A stretch of 64,000 bases of DNA from Paraspadella gotoi (lineage: Eukaryota; Animalia; Chaetognatha): positions 920,262 through 984,261 of the forward strand of contig JBJCIZ010000744.1 of the NCBI GenBank assembly GCA_051294375.1, read 5' to 3'. The number at the start of each line of letters is the position of its first letter. Positions within the stretch are counted from its first letter, which is position 1. Of the stretch, positions 11,831 to 24,592 are shown one piece after another. Under the pieces are notes generated by a model. That model was not told the origin of the DNA and did no database searches. It saw only the letters and a program-made list of their open reading frames with translations. A program made the translations under genes and the position numbers.

Positions 11831-14800
11831 ACCAAGAATTCGTCTACATTCAACCCTCGGTCTACAAAGCAAAATCCAACACCCAAAGCAACAAAAGTGA
11901 AACGCATCCTAAAAACAACCAACACAAGCCCCCACTCAATCAAAATGACCAGCACAAGTAGCCCAACAAAAAGCTATACTTCTGTCTCGCCGCGTTTCTC
12001 ATTTGATTCTACCAATCCTTCACTGGAAGAAGATCCTGATATAGAACAAGACCGTTTTCAACTGGAAGAAAAACCATAATCAAGCAAACAAATTGTTGGA
12101 CTTGATGAAGTTTTGTTGCTAGAAAACATCAACCCCATTCGGCGCCTGGTGCCTGGTGAATTATAAATCCTTAGAATGCTCTCTATAATCTTTGCTCTCC
12201 CAGGAAAAGATCCTATTACCGCTTCCTCCATCGAGAGAAACCTCATTATTAACTTTCGTAAAACCGTAAACAAAAATACTAGTGATAATTCCTTTAACCT
12301 TAAAGAAATAAAATCTAATGAATCAAATCTAAAAGTAAAAGTATATTTCCGAAATTAAGTGACCAAAATAATCTCTGATAATGATGGGTCAGAAATTAGA
12401 AAAGATTATAAATTAAATCCTTAAAAAAGAAATGAACACTCAAAATCCTGGTGTCCAGGAAATAGCACAACCTGGGAAAACCCCATGATGGTATTCTCTT
12501 TATTATAGAGAAAAATAGTACAACACCGCGCTCTCAATATCTATGAGCTCCTTTTGGGTGCGCAATGACGAGGCTGAAACAAGCAACTCCAGACAAATAA
12601 TTCACTTGTCGGTCCTACCTTATTCCTATAGCAAATAAATTGTCTCTTCTGTTTTATATATAAATTTTCTTGCAAAGCGGCACCCCAATAATCTTCCCCC
12701 ATTTTCTTTTCCCAGTGAAATTCATTTTTTTGATTAAAACTCCAGAATGGAAAACGCCGTTTTGTGAAAATAAGAAATAACAATGAAGGAAGCGGAATCG
12801 ACTTTTCCTCGTCTCATCCCGCTCCAATGTCTACCCATGTGACCTAGAAAAATTTCTCCCTCAGTGGCCCACCCCCTTCTCCCTCCGCAAAGAAACACCC
12901 TCCCGGATGGACTGGCTTTGGCGGATTTTTGTTGAAAGCCCTGAACAATTCAAGCAATACCCACAAAATTTTACTTGCACTCCCGGGCCAGAAACCATCC
13001 CAAAAGCCCAAAGAAGAAAGTTAATCGGCAGAAAAGAACAAGACGAAAAAATGAAAGAGGCAACAGCAAAAAACAATATTGAACGACGCTAAAATAAGGA
13101 AAGCTGAATTGTGCTAAATGAAGACAAAATTTGCAGGTTGAATATAAACATGGATGACGTTAATTTTTGTAGACAACAAGGACATTCTGTCAAATGAAGA
13201 TGATGAAAATTATCAAGGCGGCGGATAAAGAACAAGAAAAGGCAAAACTCCTCAGTCGTGGGACCTGATACGCGAGTCCGAGATGATAAGAAACATTGGA
13301 AATAAAGTCTGTGTCATCCAATTTTAGCTATAACAACTCATGAACAAACAAGTCAGAACCATTGTGGTAAAGACGGACTTCTGCTTAACAGGTTACCAAA
13401 AAGGTTAGACTACGATCCCAAATACTCAGTCAAAAAAATTTCTACCTCCCAAATTCAATGCCATGTTCATGGGCATCCTAACATCTTATTCGTAGCAAGC
13501 CAGCCACCTAGGAGACATAAAATGCATTGATTGAGAAGTTTCATTTTTATACACGCGACGTAGCCAAGATATATCGACATCTCCTATCTTGTTCAAAGCA
13601 AATCCGTTACAAAGCAAGGTTCTCGGAATTTGCACGCCCTCAAGCAAACTTATGGGATTAAGGAAGGTCTTTGATTTCCGTTTACTCCTCCAGCCCTAAT
13701 GCAATCCCAATAGTCATGGAAAAGGACAGACAACACGCCTTGCTGGCCCTGGAATTCAGAAATCAGAGAAAATAAACACATGGGACGGCACAGCATGTAT
13801 ATTTTATTCAGCTCAGGACCCTTACTTTCACCTGTTAACATTTGATGGTCTTTTAATTTTTAATAGATGTTTGGAAATAGACAATTTCAGTAAACTCAGT
13901 AATTCAAACCATAAAAGTAGGAAATAATTCAAAGAAACATAAAGAGAAAATGGCTATTCAACATAGATTTATGACCAATTTAATAATGCTTATGCTTCTA
14001 GCTAAACCCATCCGCGAGCCAGAAAAAGACACAATGGGAACAGAAAGATGTCATCAACGAACTTTCAATGCTCAACGCAACAAAAGGAAAAATCTCAGAA
14101 ACAAACACTCATACCAACATCAGTACAAACAATCAAGATCACCATCCTCTCGCATGAAGAAACTTACGGCCCTTGAAGTGCAACCAGACAGTAGAAAGAA
14201 TCAGAATTTTTGTTTCCCAAATATGTCGCACGACACACGGGGTAATTGGTCCCGCCATATTCCATAATAAGTGAAAATAAATAGAAGTCATTTACTATCT
14301 CGAATTCAGAGCAAGATATTAAACCTGATGACCATTCTAAGAAAAAATTTTAAATATTACAGATATTTCTAAATTCAAGCTAACAGATAAGAAGCTTAAA
14401 CAGACATATACAATTGTTTAGAAGAGTTTAAATAAGTTCGCGCCACAGTCAGCTCATAAGATTTTATGTAAAAAGCGTTTCAAATTATTCAAGATATCGT
14501 CAGAAAGACCAAAATTAAGCAAAGATCGGTTTTTAATCCTTGCAAACAAAGACTGGAAGCCATCTTCCGAGAGTTCATTCAGAACACAGACCGCTCACCA
14601 GATGACACCACTGATTTTTTGTTTTACAAATGTCGATTCTTACAGAAGATAAAAACCAGAATTTTTAATACTGCAGTCTGCTTATCAATAAACGCAATTA
14701 ACTTCTCAAATAAAATAACTATAATTTATCTAAAAGAAAACTTTTACAAACATTATCTCACTTTTGCAGTAAACTTCAAGAATTGGTCTTTTAAAGGATA

Positions 14801-16010
14801 AAATCCATGGCCAATCACAGACCTTCTCTCTTCCTACCAGCTGGCCATCAATTCCTGGAGATCACCGATCATAATGCAGATAATCTATCTCCAGCCAGAA
14901 ATAAATGCTCAGATACATCCTTGTCACTTCTTATGGACTACGTAATCCTCTACTCTACTCCTTTGAAACGCCATAGAAGAAGATACTTAGAAATGTTCAC
15001 GTCGCGCAATACAAGTTTAATCAAATTGAAGGTGAAGAGCTTTGCTCAAGGGTTTAACGTTTTGTCTATGATGCAATATTTAAACAAACAAAATAATTTT
15101 CTACTTTAAAGATATTTTTCCGACCTATCAGCTATTTAACAAAAGTTTTTTGATATAAATTAAATTGTCTGCTCAGACCAATTGTTCTCCCAAGAAACAT
15201 TCTACCCACTTCGATCTGCAACCGGTTGCCCCATCCAACACTGCTTATCCCAACCACTCCACCACTATTCTCGTTCAAATCCGTACCGGACCTCAATACA
15301 GCGTCCTCTGCTGTTACAGAATACAAATCTATTAAGTTTATCGAACACTCGTTACAATCATAACAATCCCTTCATAACCAGAAAATAGCTACTCATGCTG
15401 TAATTTACAGTAAGAGACAGTCTATATTTCTGTTAGGCAACTTGAATTCCCCTAAATCTACTAAAACCCATGTTAAATGAATCTTTTTTTCCAAAATTAA
15501 GGATAAGAGAATTTATACATATTATGGAAGAAAAATGATTTCCAAGTTTAGGCCAAACTATTTTATAAAGTTCAAAACCCCGAAATATAACAGACGCATT
15601 TTCCACTAGCCACTTGCATCTAAGGGCCCCGAAACCATCACAGAATTATCAAAGCACGGCCTTCAAGGTCGAGGCAGCTTATGTGAACGAACCTGTACAT
15701 TCGCGACTAGAGAAAGAGAATTGTCAGAATTAATGTAATAACCATCAAAATCATAAAACATAAGTACTTTATGATTTTGCAATCATAACTTAAACAAGCG
15801 CAAAAGACCGTACGATCTCTCTACAAAGTCTCAAATGGAAAAGGAAATAGGAGCCGCCCCCCCTTTGTCTCTCGTCTTGTCAAAAAAAAAAAAAAAAAAA
15901 AAATTTTTTGCATAATGCTAGCTTTGGCATCATTTGCTATGCAAAAATATGTATATGTGCTCTTGCTAAGCCTTACGGCTACTATTCAGTGAGCAAATTA
16001 TATCATATAA

Positions 16011-16042
<32 letters not shown>

Positions 16043-16704
16043 TTTCTTGTAAATTATTGGTTGTTGCCTGACCTCAATCTTCAAAGTCTGCTTCTGTTTA
16101 AGTAACTGCTTGAAAGCTAAAAAAAAAAACAAAAAAAAAAGCAAGGTTCAGTTGTTAGTGGCAAATATAAGATCAACTCAGGATAGATTGTGAAGTATCT
16201 AAGGAAATTGTTAAGGTAACAGGATATTGGTCAAGCTTTATGCAAGTAATTGCTAAGATGACCCTTCAGTCAGTCTCAGTCAGATGCCAAGGTTTGTCAA
16301 ACTTCTGGAAAAATGTACTTGCTAGCTTCTAGTAAGCACTACTTTGCAGTACAAGAAATGGGCGACTCCTTGGGGAAAATCTCGCTTGCCGAGCCTTATC
16401 AAACGGCATTATTTGGTAAGCCCTTCTTGTTGTTGCTTGTGTCATGAATTACCATATTTTTGTTACTAATTTCATAAATGCATGTTGACAAATTTAAACT
16501 CTGTTGACTTTCTTTCACCATTTCACACTTAAATTCATCTCTTTTCTATGCATTCTTCCTTGTCAATTCCAATTCATTCAAGAACTATCTATAAATTTTC
16601 TGCCTCCAATCCTTGTGGAAACACGCGTTTTGTTGGAGCTTCAACTTCGCTGGACCGAGCATGCTTCAAAACGAGGACGTTTTGATTTCCCGTGGTTTGT
16701 GACG

Positions 16705-17382
16705 TGGTAAAGGAAGGAACTTTTGATACAACCAAAGAATGAAGATTTGAGTTTCATCCAATCTATTTGCATATTGTCGTATTGACATTGAACTTGTCCA
16801 TAATATAAATTCCTGTTCCTGTGTCATTTCATGTTCTGCTATGTTCAACGAATTCAACTTTTGTCATTAGTGTAAGCTATTGATGATAGTAAATTCGATT
16901 AGAGAGTTTTGGGACATTTATTAATAAATAATTATCAATTAATAGCCCACATACTATATAAATATTCTTTATTGGAACCGCACTCATTAGGTATTTCAAC
17001 TTCAATTATAAGTTTAAAGCTTCAAGGATGAATTCTATGCTTTTGACTTGGAACAGAGGTGACTTCCAAATAATGGCAGTCCCCATCCTCGTCTGGTCTT
17101 AGTTCTTACTTATTGGGTTTAGGAAATTATGTTTAGAAGCATTTTATATTGTTTATTAATATGACTCTTTCTTTCCTCCATAGGGTATCTATGCTTATGA
17201 CTTTACATTCCCTTAACTAGCTATATGCCTCATTCAAGCATTCTAGTTCTAACTACTGAACCACAGCAAGTTAGCAATCTCTTATTCTAACAAGTAAGTT
17301 AAATTGGTATATATTATGGGAATAACCTATTACTAGAGCTAAGTTTACTGTTTATTTTTGGACGCAAAATAGCTCGCTTACA
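16705..17382 (+). repeat. 3' LTR
   Basis: Starts tg(g)taaagg and ends cttaca, giving TGTAA...TTACA-type termini. Colinear with the 5' LTR. Confidence 0.85.
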
Positions 17383-17461
17383 TAATTACATTAGCAATTC
17401 ATTACAAATCCTCATTTAGTCATTTTTTGGGCGGATTTTTTAATAAAACTGTTTGCAGCAG

Positions 17462-19873
17462 CGCTAAATCACTCCTCGTCTCAAAACGAACGTTCCGGGG
17501 TCAATCCTTGGGGTAGTCAAGGTTCGGCTTAAAGGTTGAACAGGACCGATCTGAACATGCTCGTGGGTCCGTAGCCCCTTACACCCAACTTCGCACGGCT
17601 CGCATCCAGCCACCATTACCGCTCTCCAACGGGTAAGTCTTTTCGATCGCAAGGCGAAGAGAGAAAATGTCGAGCGACTCTCCTCTCTGAGAAGACGAAG
17701 ACTCTCCCTCTCTAATCATCTTCCTGTCTCCCTTCTCTATCTTTCTTCCTTTCCTCTTTCTTAATCTTCGCCTCCTTCTTCTCCCTCCTCCTCTTCTTCT
17801 TCCTCAGCGGCGTGCTCCCGTAGTCTTGCAAGTTAACTTCGGGGTTCCATCTGGGAGAGGAGAAGATAATGGAGATGAGAGTGAGAGAGAGAGAGAGAGA
17901 GAGACGAGAGAGACCGAGAGAGCAGAAGAAAGAGAGGAAAAACAGAATCGCAGATAAGCAGCAGATACATAACGTAGAAGAAGAATATAAAAAGGGAAGG
18001 AACGGAAGGGAAGAGAGCGACCCATACACTCCCCACGCAACCTAATCTCCAACAGTGCCCGCTCTCCGCTCGACGACCGCTCGTCGACAGAGAATCGCCT
18101 TCAAGACGAATCTGCGGACGGCATCCTCTCAGAGAAGTCGGGCGCCGCGACCCACACGCCGGGCGTCGACCTTGAACGCGACTCGATCCAAAAGGAGCGC
18201 GGATTGGACGAGATCGGCGTCGTCGATCCGCGATGATCCTTGACGGCGTCTTCTTCGTCAAAACGGCGTCGGCGACGACGGAGAGAAAGAGATTGACGAG
18301 GAGGGCGCCGGCGGGCGGAGGCGACGCAAAAGAGGAAGCGGCGTCGTCGGCGCCGATTTGGAGTGAAAACTTGGAAGGATAAGAGTGGAGTAAAATGTCG
18401 CGTTCTTGACGTCTTCCTTTCTTCTCTCCTTGCTGCACACCCTCCTCCTCTCTTCTTCATCATCATCATCATCACATATCATCATATAATCAGCACACGC
18501 AGGGCCAAGAAGCTTCTCTTGAGTTTTCTTTCAATCTAATATATCGCAATACAATATCACCCTGGTCCCTTTTTTTTAACCGTTTCTCCCTAAAAATAAT
18601 TAATTCGGCCATTTTACATTTGGCCGACATCGCTCCGGACCATCGCCTCGGACCCTTAAACTCACCCTCCCAATTGTCCCAGTCCCCTCGAAATCCCACT
18701 AAGAAACATCGGCCGAAGTTCATATTCTGAGACATGAGGCGGTGAGCGTCGCCCGCCTCAGGCCCTTGACGAGCGTTCCAAAAGCGGCGGTTCGATGGCC
18801 GGGACGGCATCTGCGGCCGCGTCGACGTGGAAGTTGGTGGGGTTCGCCGGAAGGAAAGAGGGAGGAGAATAGGGAGGGAGGAAGAGAAGAGGAAAGGGGT
18901 AAGCGAGTCGACGTCATCTTCTTCGTGGGTCGTTGCCGAACGTCTGGAGAATAGATGAATGATGAAGAATGAATGAATAAATGAATGAAATAAAATAACA
19001 GATAAATAAAATAATTATTTTTCCTACAACAGAACGTCATTGACAAATTTAAACTACCGAGGATGACCGAGAGAAGTGGTCACTATGCCCCTCGGACTTT
19101 ATGGATAGCTATTCACGAGCTGTTCAGAAGATTTGAAAGATTTCTTTTTTTCTTTTCCGAAACTTTTGATCCAACGGGGAGATTTGGTACGGGTGTTTAA
19201 ACCGGATCGTTTCGACCAGGGTAGAAAACCGGGACCATTGGTGAGGCGACTTACCACGGTCCTCTCTCTCTAAAACCCTTCCTCTTTCCTCTTTCCCGAG
19301 CCGGTCAATCACACGGTCACTTTGGCCATAGCTTTGCAATGACCTTAGAAATTGACAGCGACACAAGCAGATTAGGCCGAGGCGACCGTAAGGTCAATTT
19401 GGTCCGGGCGAATGATAAAAGTGCGATCAAGGAGAGAGCTCGTCTCACTTCTTTTCTTACTTCTCTACATTCGTCAACAATTCTTCACCTTCTCTCTTAC
19501 TTTATATTATTACTATTTTTTCGTCTTCTACCATTGGTTCAATTCAACAAAGACGACAAATCCATCACCATCTTCTTTCTCCTCTCCTCCTCTCCTCTTC
19601 TCTCTGGACGACAGCAAATGAACCGCAACTGCACCTGCCCTATGTCTTTCAATCGCGACGGCAGAGGCGCCGACCTCCTCGCGGAGACCAACGAGTTTCC
19701 CCATCAAATCTTTGACAGAGCGTTTTCCACGATGCGAGAGTCCGCGGGCGACGGTTTGGCCCGACGAGGACTTTCTCCAGGCCAGAGGGAGCCTGCCGCT
19801 GGAGAAGGCTGGTGTTGCGAAGAGCGGTGAGTGATGGATGGATTTAAAATTAGGATCGGTTGTTGTGTTGTCA
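17462..19873 (+). repeat. 2.3-2.4 kb host gene-cluster block, copy 1 of 3 (others 24593-26886 minus, 40332-42563 plus)
   Basis: All three copies share exonic peptides (e.g. RWNPEVNLQDYG) and the (TCA)n, (GAAT)n and (GA)n tracts. Confidence 0.93.
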
Positions 19874-21949
19874 TAGACGTACAGAGGAGCATGCAGCAGG
19901 CCCAGCTGCATCTCTCCCCCTTCCTCTGGTCTCTCCACGCCTGGCAACTCTCTATTTTGTCTGCTCATCCTCCCTGCGGCGGGAAGCCAAGCGAAAAAGC
20001 CAGCAAGAAGCCGAAAGCCTGCCTCACGCGGGACCAAACAAAGACAGCTCACAACTCTAATGACCTGCAATAAAAGCCATGGGCCAATTGAAGGAAAGAA
20101 GAGGGATGGGGAGGTTGGCAAAAGGGCCAATGAGAAGAACCGGCCCGTGTGCACCGGGATTGGTGGGGTCAAGGGATCGGTTTCTGTAGTAAAAGTAGAG
20201 GCCCTTGAATTTGTTTCCATTCATTCTAGTTGCTAAGGCTCGAAAGGCAAAAGAGCATTTGAACTTAATTACGCATTTTTTATTTCTTTGCTGATCATTG
20301 GAACTTTGAAATAAACTCTCGAGTTTTTTGTGTTACATCGAATTCTTTATTATTCTCACTGGAACTGGCAACATTTAGCTAACGTTCACGAGCTGGCTGT
20401 TGGGGGGTGGTGAAACAGGAGCAAAAGATTACGAAAGAGCCTCTTCGAAAATCGAAAAATAAAAACTTTCAAAAAAAAAAAATAAATTCTTCTCCGCCAC
20501 CTTTCGAAAATTCGAAAATCGGGCACTCCACGTTGCCCGCTGACCCATCTCGAGCGGTTAGGCCCTAGAGCAAAAAAGAAACAGTTCGAAAGCGGAACAC
20601 GCAACACATAAGAAATAACACAGGATGAAAACTACTGGAGCCGAATCAGCAAAAATTGAAGCCTACAAAGAATCGGAGATGCTTTGTTAGACCGTCAGCA
20701 AAGAAAAGTCGCGCGCCATGGGCTTGTCAAAAGGCCGCAGAAATACACGGAGGGCCAGTGGAATCTAGCCCACCAGCCCGGCCGACAACTCAAATTCACG
20801 CAAAGGATAAAAGGAAGGGCGGAATTGGGGGGTGTTACTTGGACCCAATGCACGGGCCCTGACCACACACGTGCGCCCGCCGTCATCGCGCAAGCTGGGC
20901 CACACAGAAAACCAAACAACGCGACAACTGCGAACGAAATCGCAAAACAAACCGCATGGGCAAACCTCACGATGGCGCACGTGACCACGACGCCGAAGGA
21001 AGACGATCGGCGGCGAAATAAACAGCGGAACGGCGGTAAACCAGTCAACTGGCCCCCAAAACCTGCAGCGGAGGGTGGGGACGATCACAGCTGAAGCGAA
21101 GCAACTTGCGCAGAGTTTGCAGAAGGAAAGAAAAAGTGACCCACGAGAAGAAAGGGATCAGTGAAAATTCTGCGCCTCATTAAACGGAAAATAGAGCAGA
21201 AAAATCTCTATTCCAGCGCGGAACGACGCGAAATATGAATTCCTCAGGATTATCTGTGGCCCAATTTAAACCAACAGTCGTAAACCACCATGAGCAGGGA
21301 TGCGCCCGTGCCCGAGCAGACAGACATCGCCGACGAGGTCAAGGCGAATGCTGCAGGAGGGGAAACAGCACCGTGAGCAAAGGTGCGTGGGATAACCGAA
21401 GACGAACCAGCGGACCCGAGCAGTGAAAACTGGGTAAGAGACCCGGATGCCGAGACTCAACCAGAGCAGCCGCGGCGATAATTGCTGAGCCCGACAGGCC
21501 GCCGACAAAACGCTCGTCAAAATCGAACGACGCCGCGACGACGAAAAAGCCAACGGAATTCCTTAAGGGGAATATACCGAGTCCCCATCCGCGGACTGCG
21601 ATATGGATAGGTCCGCAACGCATTCGACGAGCGCTGAAGGCCTTATTTTCACCAGGGACTGAATGAGGCAGCTGCTTCATTGACGCCCGCGACGGCAGTC
21701 TTACACAAGGGACTATATGTGGACGATCTTCGAGAAGTCGCACACCCGGATCAGTGCTTCAGAGATCGCGGACGCAAGATCGAAGGTGAAGGTGGAGAAC
21801 CGGAAATACTACACTCCGAGTATGGAATTAGGGCTGGTCACGCCAATATAACCGAAAGTTCGACATCATGATCGCCCCAGAGGACCTGAGGCGCAGTGCC
21901 GCGCAACACAGCTCGTCTGCTTACGAAGCAATTAAAGCCCATAATGCAG
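19874..21949 (+). mobile_element. Second insertion, possibly the 5' part of another LTR retroelement (LTR-like plus gag-like), truncated at the gap
   Basis: Absent from the copy continuing at 42564. AATAAA signals at ~20068 and ~20310 and a CAACA end at ~20373. Weak gag-like peptides YFHQGLNEA and YEAIKA. No RT seen. Confidence 0.35.
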
Positions 21950-21974
21950 NNNNNNNNNNNNNNNNNNNNNNNNN

Positions 21975-22516
21975 GTATGAGAGAAGTTCTCTATCTTTCT
22001 CCGATTCGTTTCAACTATTGTCAAATGTTTGGCCCTTGGTCACTTGATACGACGACCCTAACTTAAGGCGATACTCTCACTCGAATCCAACTACCTTCGT
22101 CATGTATTATTCTCACGTTGTACACTAATAAATGTATTGAAGAGACAGTAATAATTGTTACGAGTTAGTGACAGAACCGTTCAATATAAGCAGTCCCTGA
22201 GCTTCGGATCAGGCTGTAACACCGTGTTACAGGCGGGTTAAGCGCCCCGTCCCTCTTAACTGCAAGGCCTCCGGCCGCTGATGAACGGTTGGTGGATTTT
22301 AGTCCACCATAGTATGTATATAGCCATAAGCATTGTCCTTTTAAAATTAGGGTCTAACAAAAGAAAGAAAAGCTTTTCTCACCGAAACCGCGAGTTCGAA
22401 TCTCGTCTCGTCGTCGTCCAACAAAACGGATCGATTGAAAAGTTTGGGTCGAAGACGACGACGACAAATTTTGATGAGTCCGGTGACGGCGTTGAGGAAG
22501 ACGAAATCGGAGGACG
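21975..22516 (+). repeat. Second copy of segment X (palindrome spacer)
   Basis: Matches 3678-4229 and follows the 25-N gap at 21950-21974. Confidence 0.9.
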
Positions 22517-24592
22517 CTGCATTATGGGCTTTAATTGCTTCGTAAGCAGACGAGCTGTGTTGCGCGGCACTGCGCCTCAGGTCCTCTGGGGCGATCATGA
22601 TGTCGAACTTTCGGTTATATTGGCGTGACCAGCCCTAATTCCATACTCGGAGTGTAGTATTTCCGGTTCTCCACCTTCACCTTCGATCTTGCGTCCGCGA
22701 TCTCTGAAGCACTGATCCGGGTGTGCGACTTCTCGAAGATCGTCCACATATAGTCCCTTGTGTAAGACTGCCGTCGCGGGCGTCAATGAAGCAGCTGCCT
22801 CATTCAGTCCCTGGTGAAAATAAGGCCTTCAGCGCTCGTCGAATGCGTTGCGGACCTATCCATATCGCAGTCCGCGGATGGGGACTCGGTATATTCCCCT
22901 TAAGGAATTCCGTTGGCTTTTTCGTCGTCGCGGCGTCGTTCGATTTTGACGAGCGTTTTGTCGGCGGCCTGTCGGGCTCAGCAATTATCGCCGCGGCTGC
23001 TCTGGTTGAGTCTCGGCATCCGGGTCTCTTACCCAGTTTTCACTGCTCGGGTCCGCTGGTTCGTCTTCGGTTATCCCACGCACCTTTGCTCACGGTGCTG
23101 TTTCCCCTCCTGCAGCATTCGCCTTGACCTCGTCGGCGATGTCTGTCTGCTCGGGCACGGGCGCATCCCTGCTCATGGTGGTTTACGACTGTTGGTTTAA
23201 ATTGGGCCACAGATAATCCTGAGGAATTCATATTTCGCGTCGTTCCGCGCTGGAATAGAGATTTTTCTGCTCTATTTTCCGTTTAATGAGGCGCAGAATT
23301 TTCACTGATCCCTTTCTTCTCGTGGGTCACTTTTTCTTTCCTTCTGCAAACTCTGCGCAAGTTGCTTCGCTTCAGCTGTGATCGTCCCCACCCTCCGCTG
23401 CAGGTTTTGGGGGCCAGTTGACTGGTTTACCGCCGTTCCGCTGTTTATTTCGCCGCCGATCGTCTTCCTTCGGCGTCGTGGTCACGTGCGCCATCGTGAG
23501 GTTTGCCCATGCGGTTTGTTTTGCGATTTCGTTCGCAGTTGTCGCGTTGTTTGGTTTTCTGTGTGGCCCAGCTTGCGCGATGACGGCGGGCGCACGTGTG
23601 TGGTCAGGGCCCGTGCATTGGGTCCAAGTAACACCCCCCAATTCCGCCCTTCCTTTTATCCTTTGCGTGAATTTGAGTTGTCGGCCGGGCTGGTGGGCTA
23701 GATTCCACTGGCCCTCCGTGTATTTCTGCGGCCTTTTGACAAGCCCATGGCGCGCGACTTTTCTTTGCTGACGGTCTAACAAAGCATCTCCGATTCTTTG
23801 TAGGCTTCAATTTTTGCTGATTCGGCTCCAGTAGTTTTCATCCTGTGTTATTTCTTATGTGTTGCGTGTTCCGCTTTCGAACTGTTTCTTTTTTGCTCTA
23901 GGGCCTAACCGCTCGAGATGGGTCAGCGGGCAACGTGGAGTGCCCGATTTTCGAATTTTCGAAAGGTGGCGGAGAAGAATTTATTTTTTTTTTTTGAAAG
24001 TTTTTATTTTTCGATTTTCGAAGAGGCTCTTTCGTAATCTTTTGCTCCTGTTTCACCACCCCCCAACAGCCAGCTCGTGAACGTTAGCTAAATGTTGCCA
24101 GTTCCAGTGAGAATAATAAAGAATTCGATGTAACACAAAAAACTCGAGAGTTTATTTCAAAGTTCCAATGATCAGCAAAGAAATAAAAAATGCGTAATTA
24201 AGTTCAAATGCTCTTTTGCCTTTCGAGCCTTAGCAACTAGAATGAATGGAAACAAATTCAAGGGCCTCTACTTTTACTACAGAAACCGATCCCTTGACCC
24301 CACCAATCCCGGTGCACACGGGCCGGTTCTTCTCATTGGCCCTTTTGCCAACCTCCCCATCCCTCTTCTTTCCTTCAATTGGCCCATGGCTTTTATTGCA
24401 GGTCATTAGAGTTGTGAGCTGTCTTTGTTTGGTCCCGCGTGAGGCAGGCTTTCGGCTTCTTGCTGGCTTTTTCGCTTGGCTTCCCGCCGCAGGGAGGATG
24501 AGCAGACAAAATAGAGAGTTGCCAGGCGTGGAGAGACCAGAGGAAGGGGGAGAGATGCAGCTGGGCCTGCTGCATGCTCCTCTGTACGTCTA
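22517..24592 (-). mobile_element. Mirror copy of the 19874-21949 insertion
   Basis: Exact reverse complement (coordinate sum 44466). Confidence 0.35.

Larger units (their letters stand above)
4277..17382 (+). mobile_element. Full-length Ty3/Gypsy LTR retrotransposon (~13.1 kb), frameshift-riddled
   Basis: Two direct LTRs, a TGG-starting PBS, and domain order PR-RT-RH-IN, which fits Ty3/Gypsy rather than Copia. RT/IN motifs are Gypsy-like. Candidate TAAT target duplication at 4274-4277 and 17383-17386. Confidence 0.92.

Noticed and set aside
21680-21871. RT active site from LYVDDL in a short ORF
   Set aside because: No surrounding RT motifs are visible, so it is not enough to call a reverse transcriptase.
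21949-22517. Hairpin telomere or linear-replicon end at the palindrome centre
   Set aside because: The centre is an N gap plus a direct copy of 3678-4229, not a fold-back loop.
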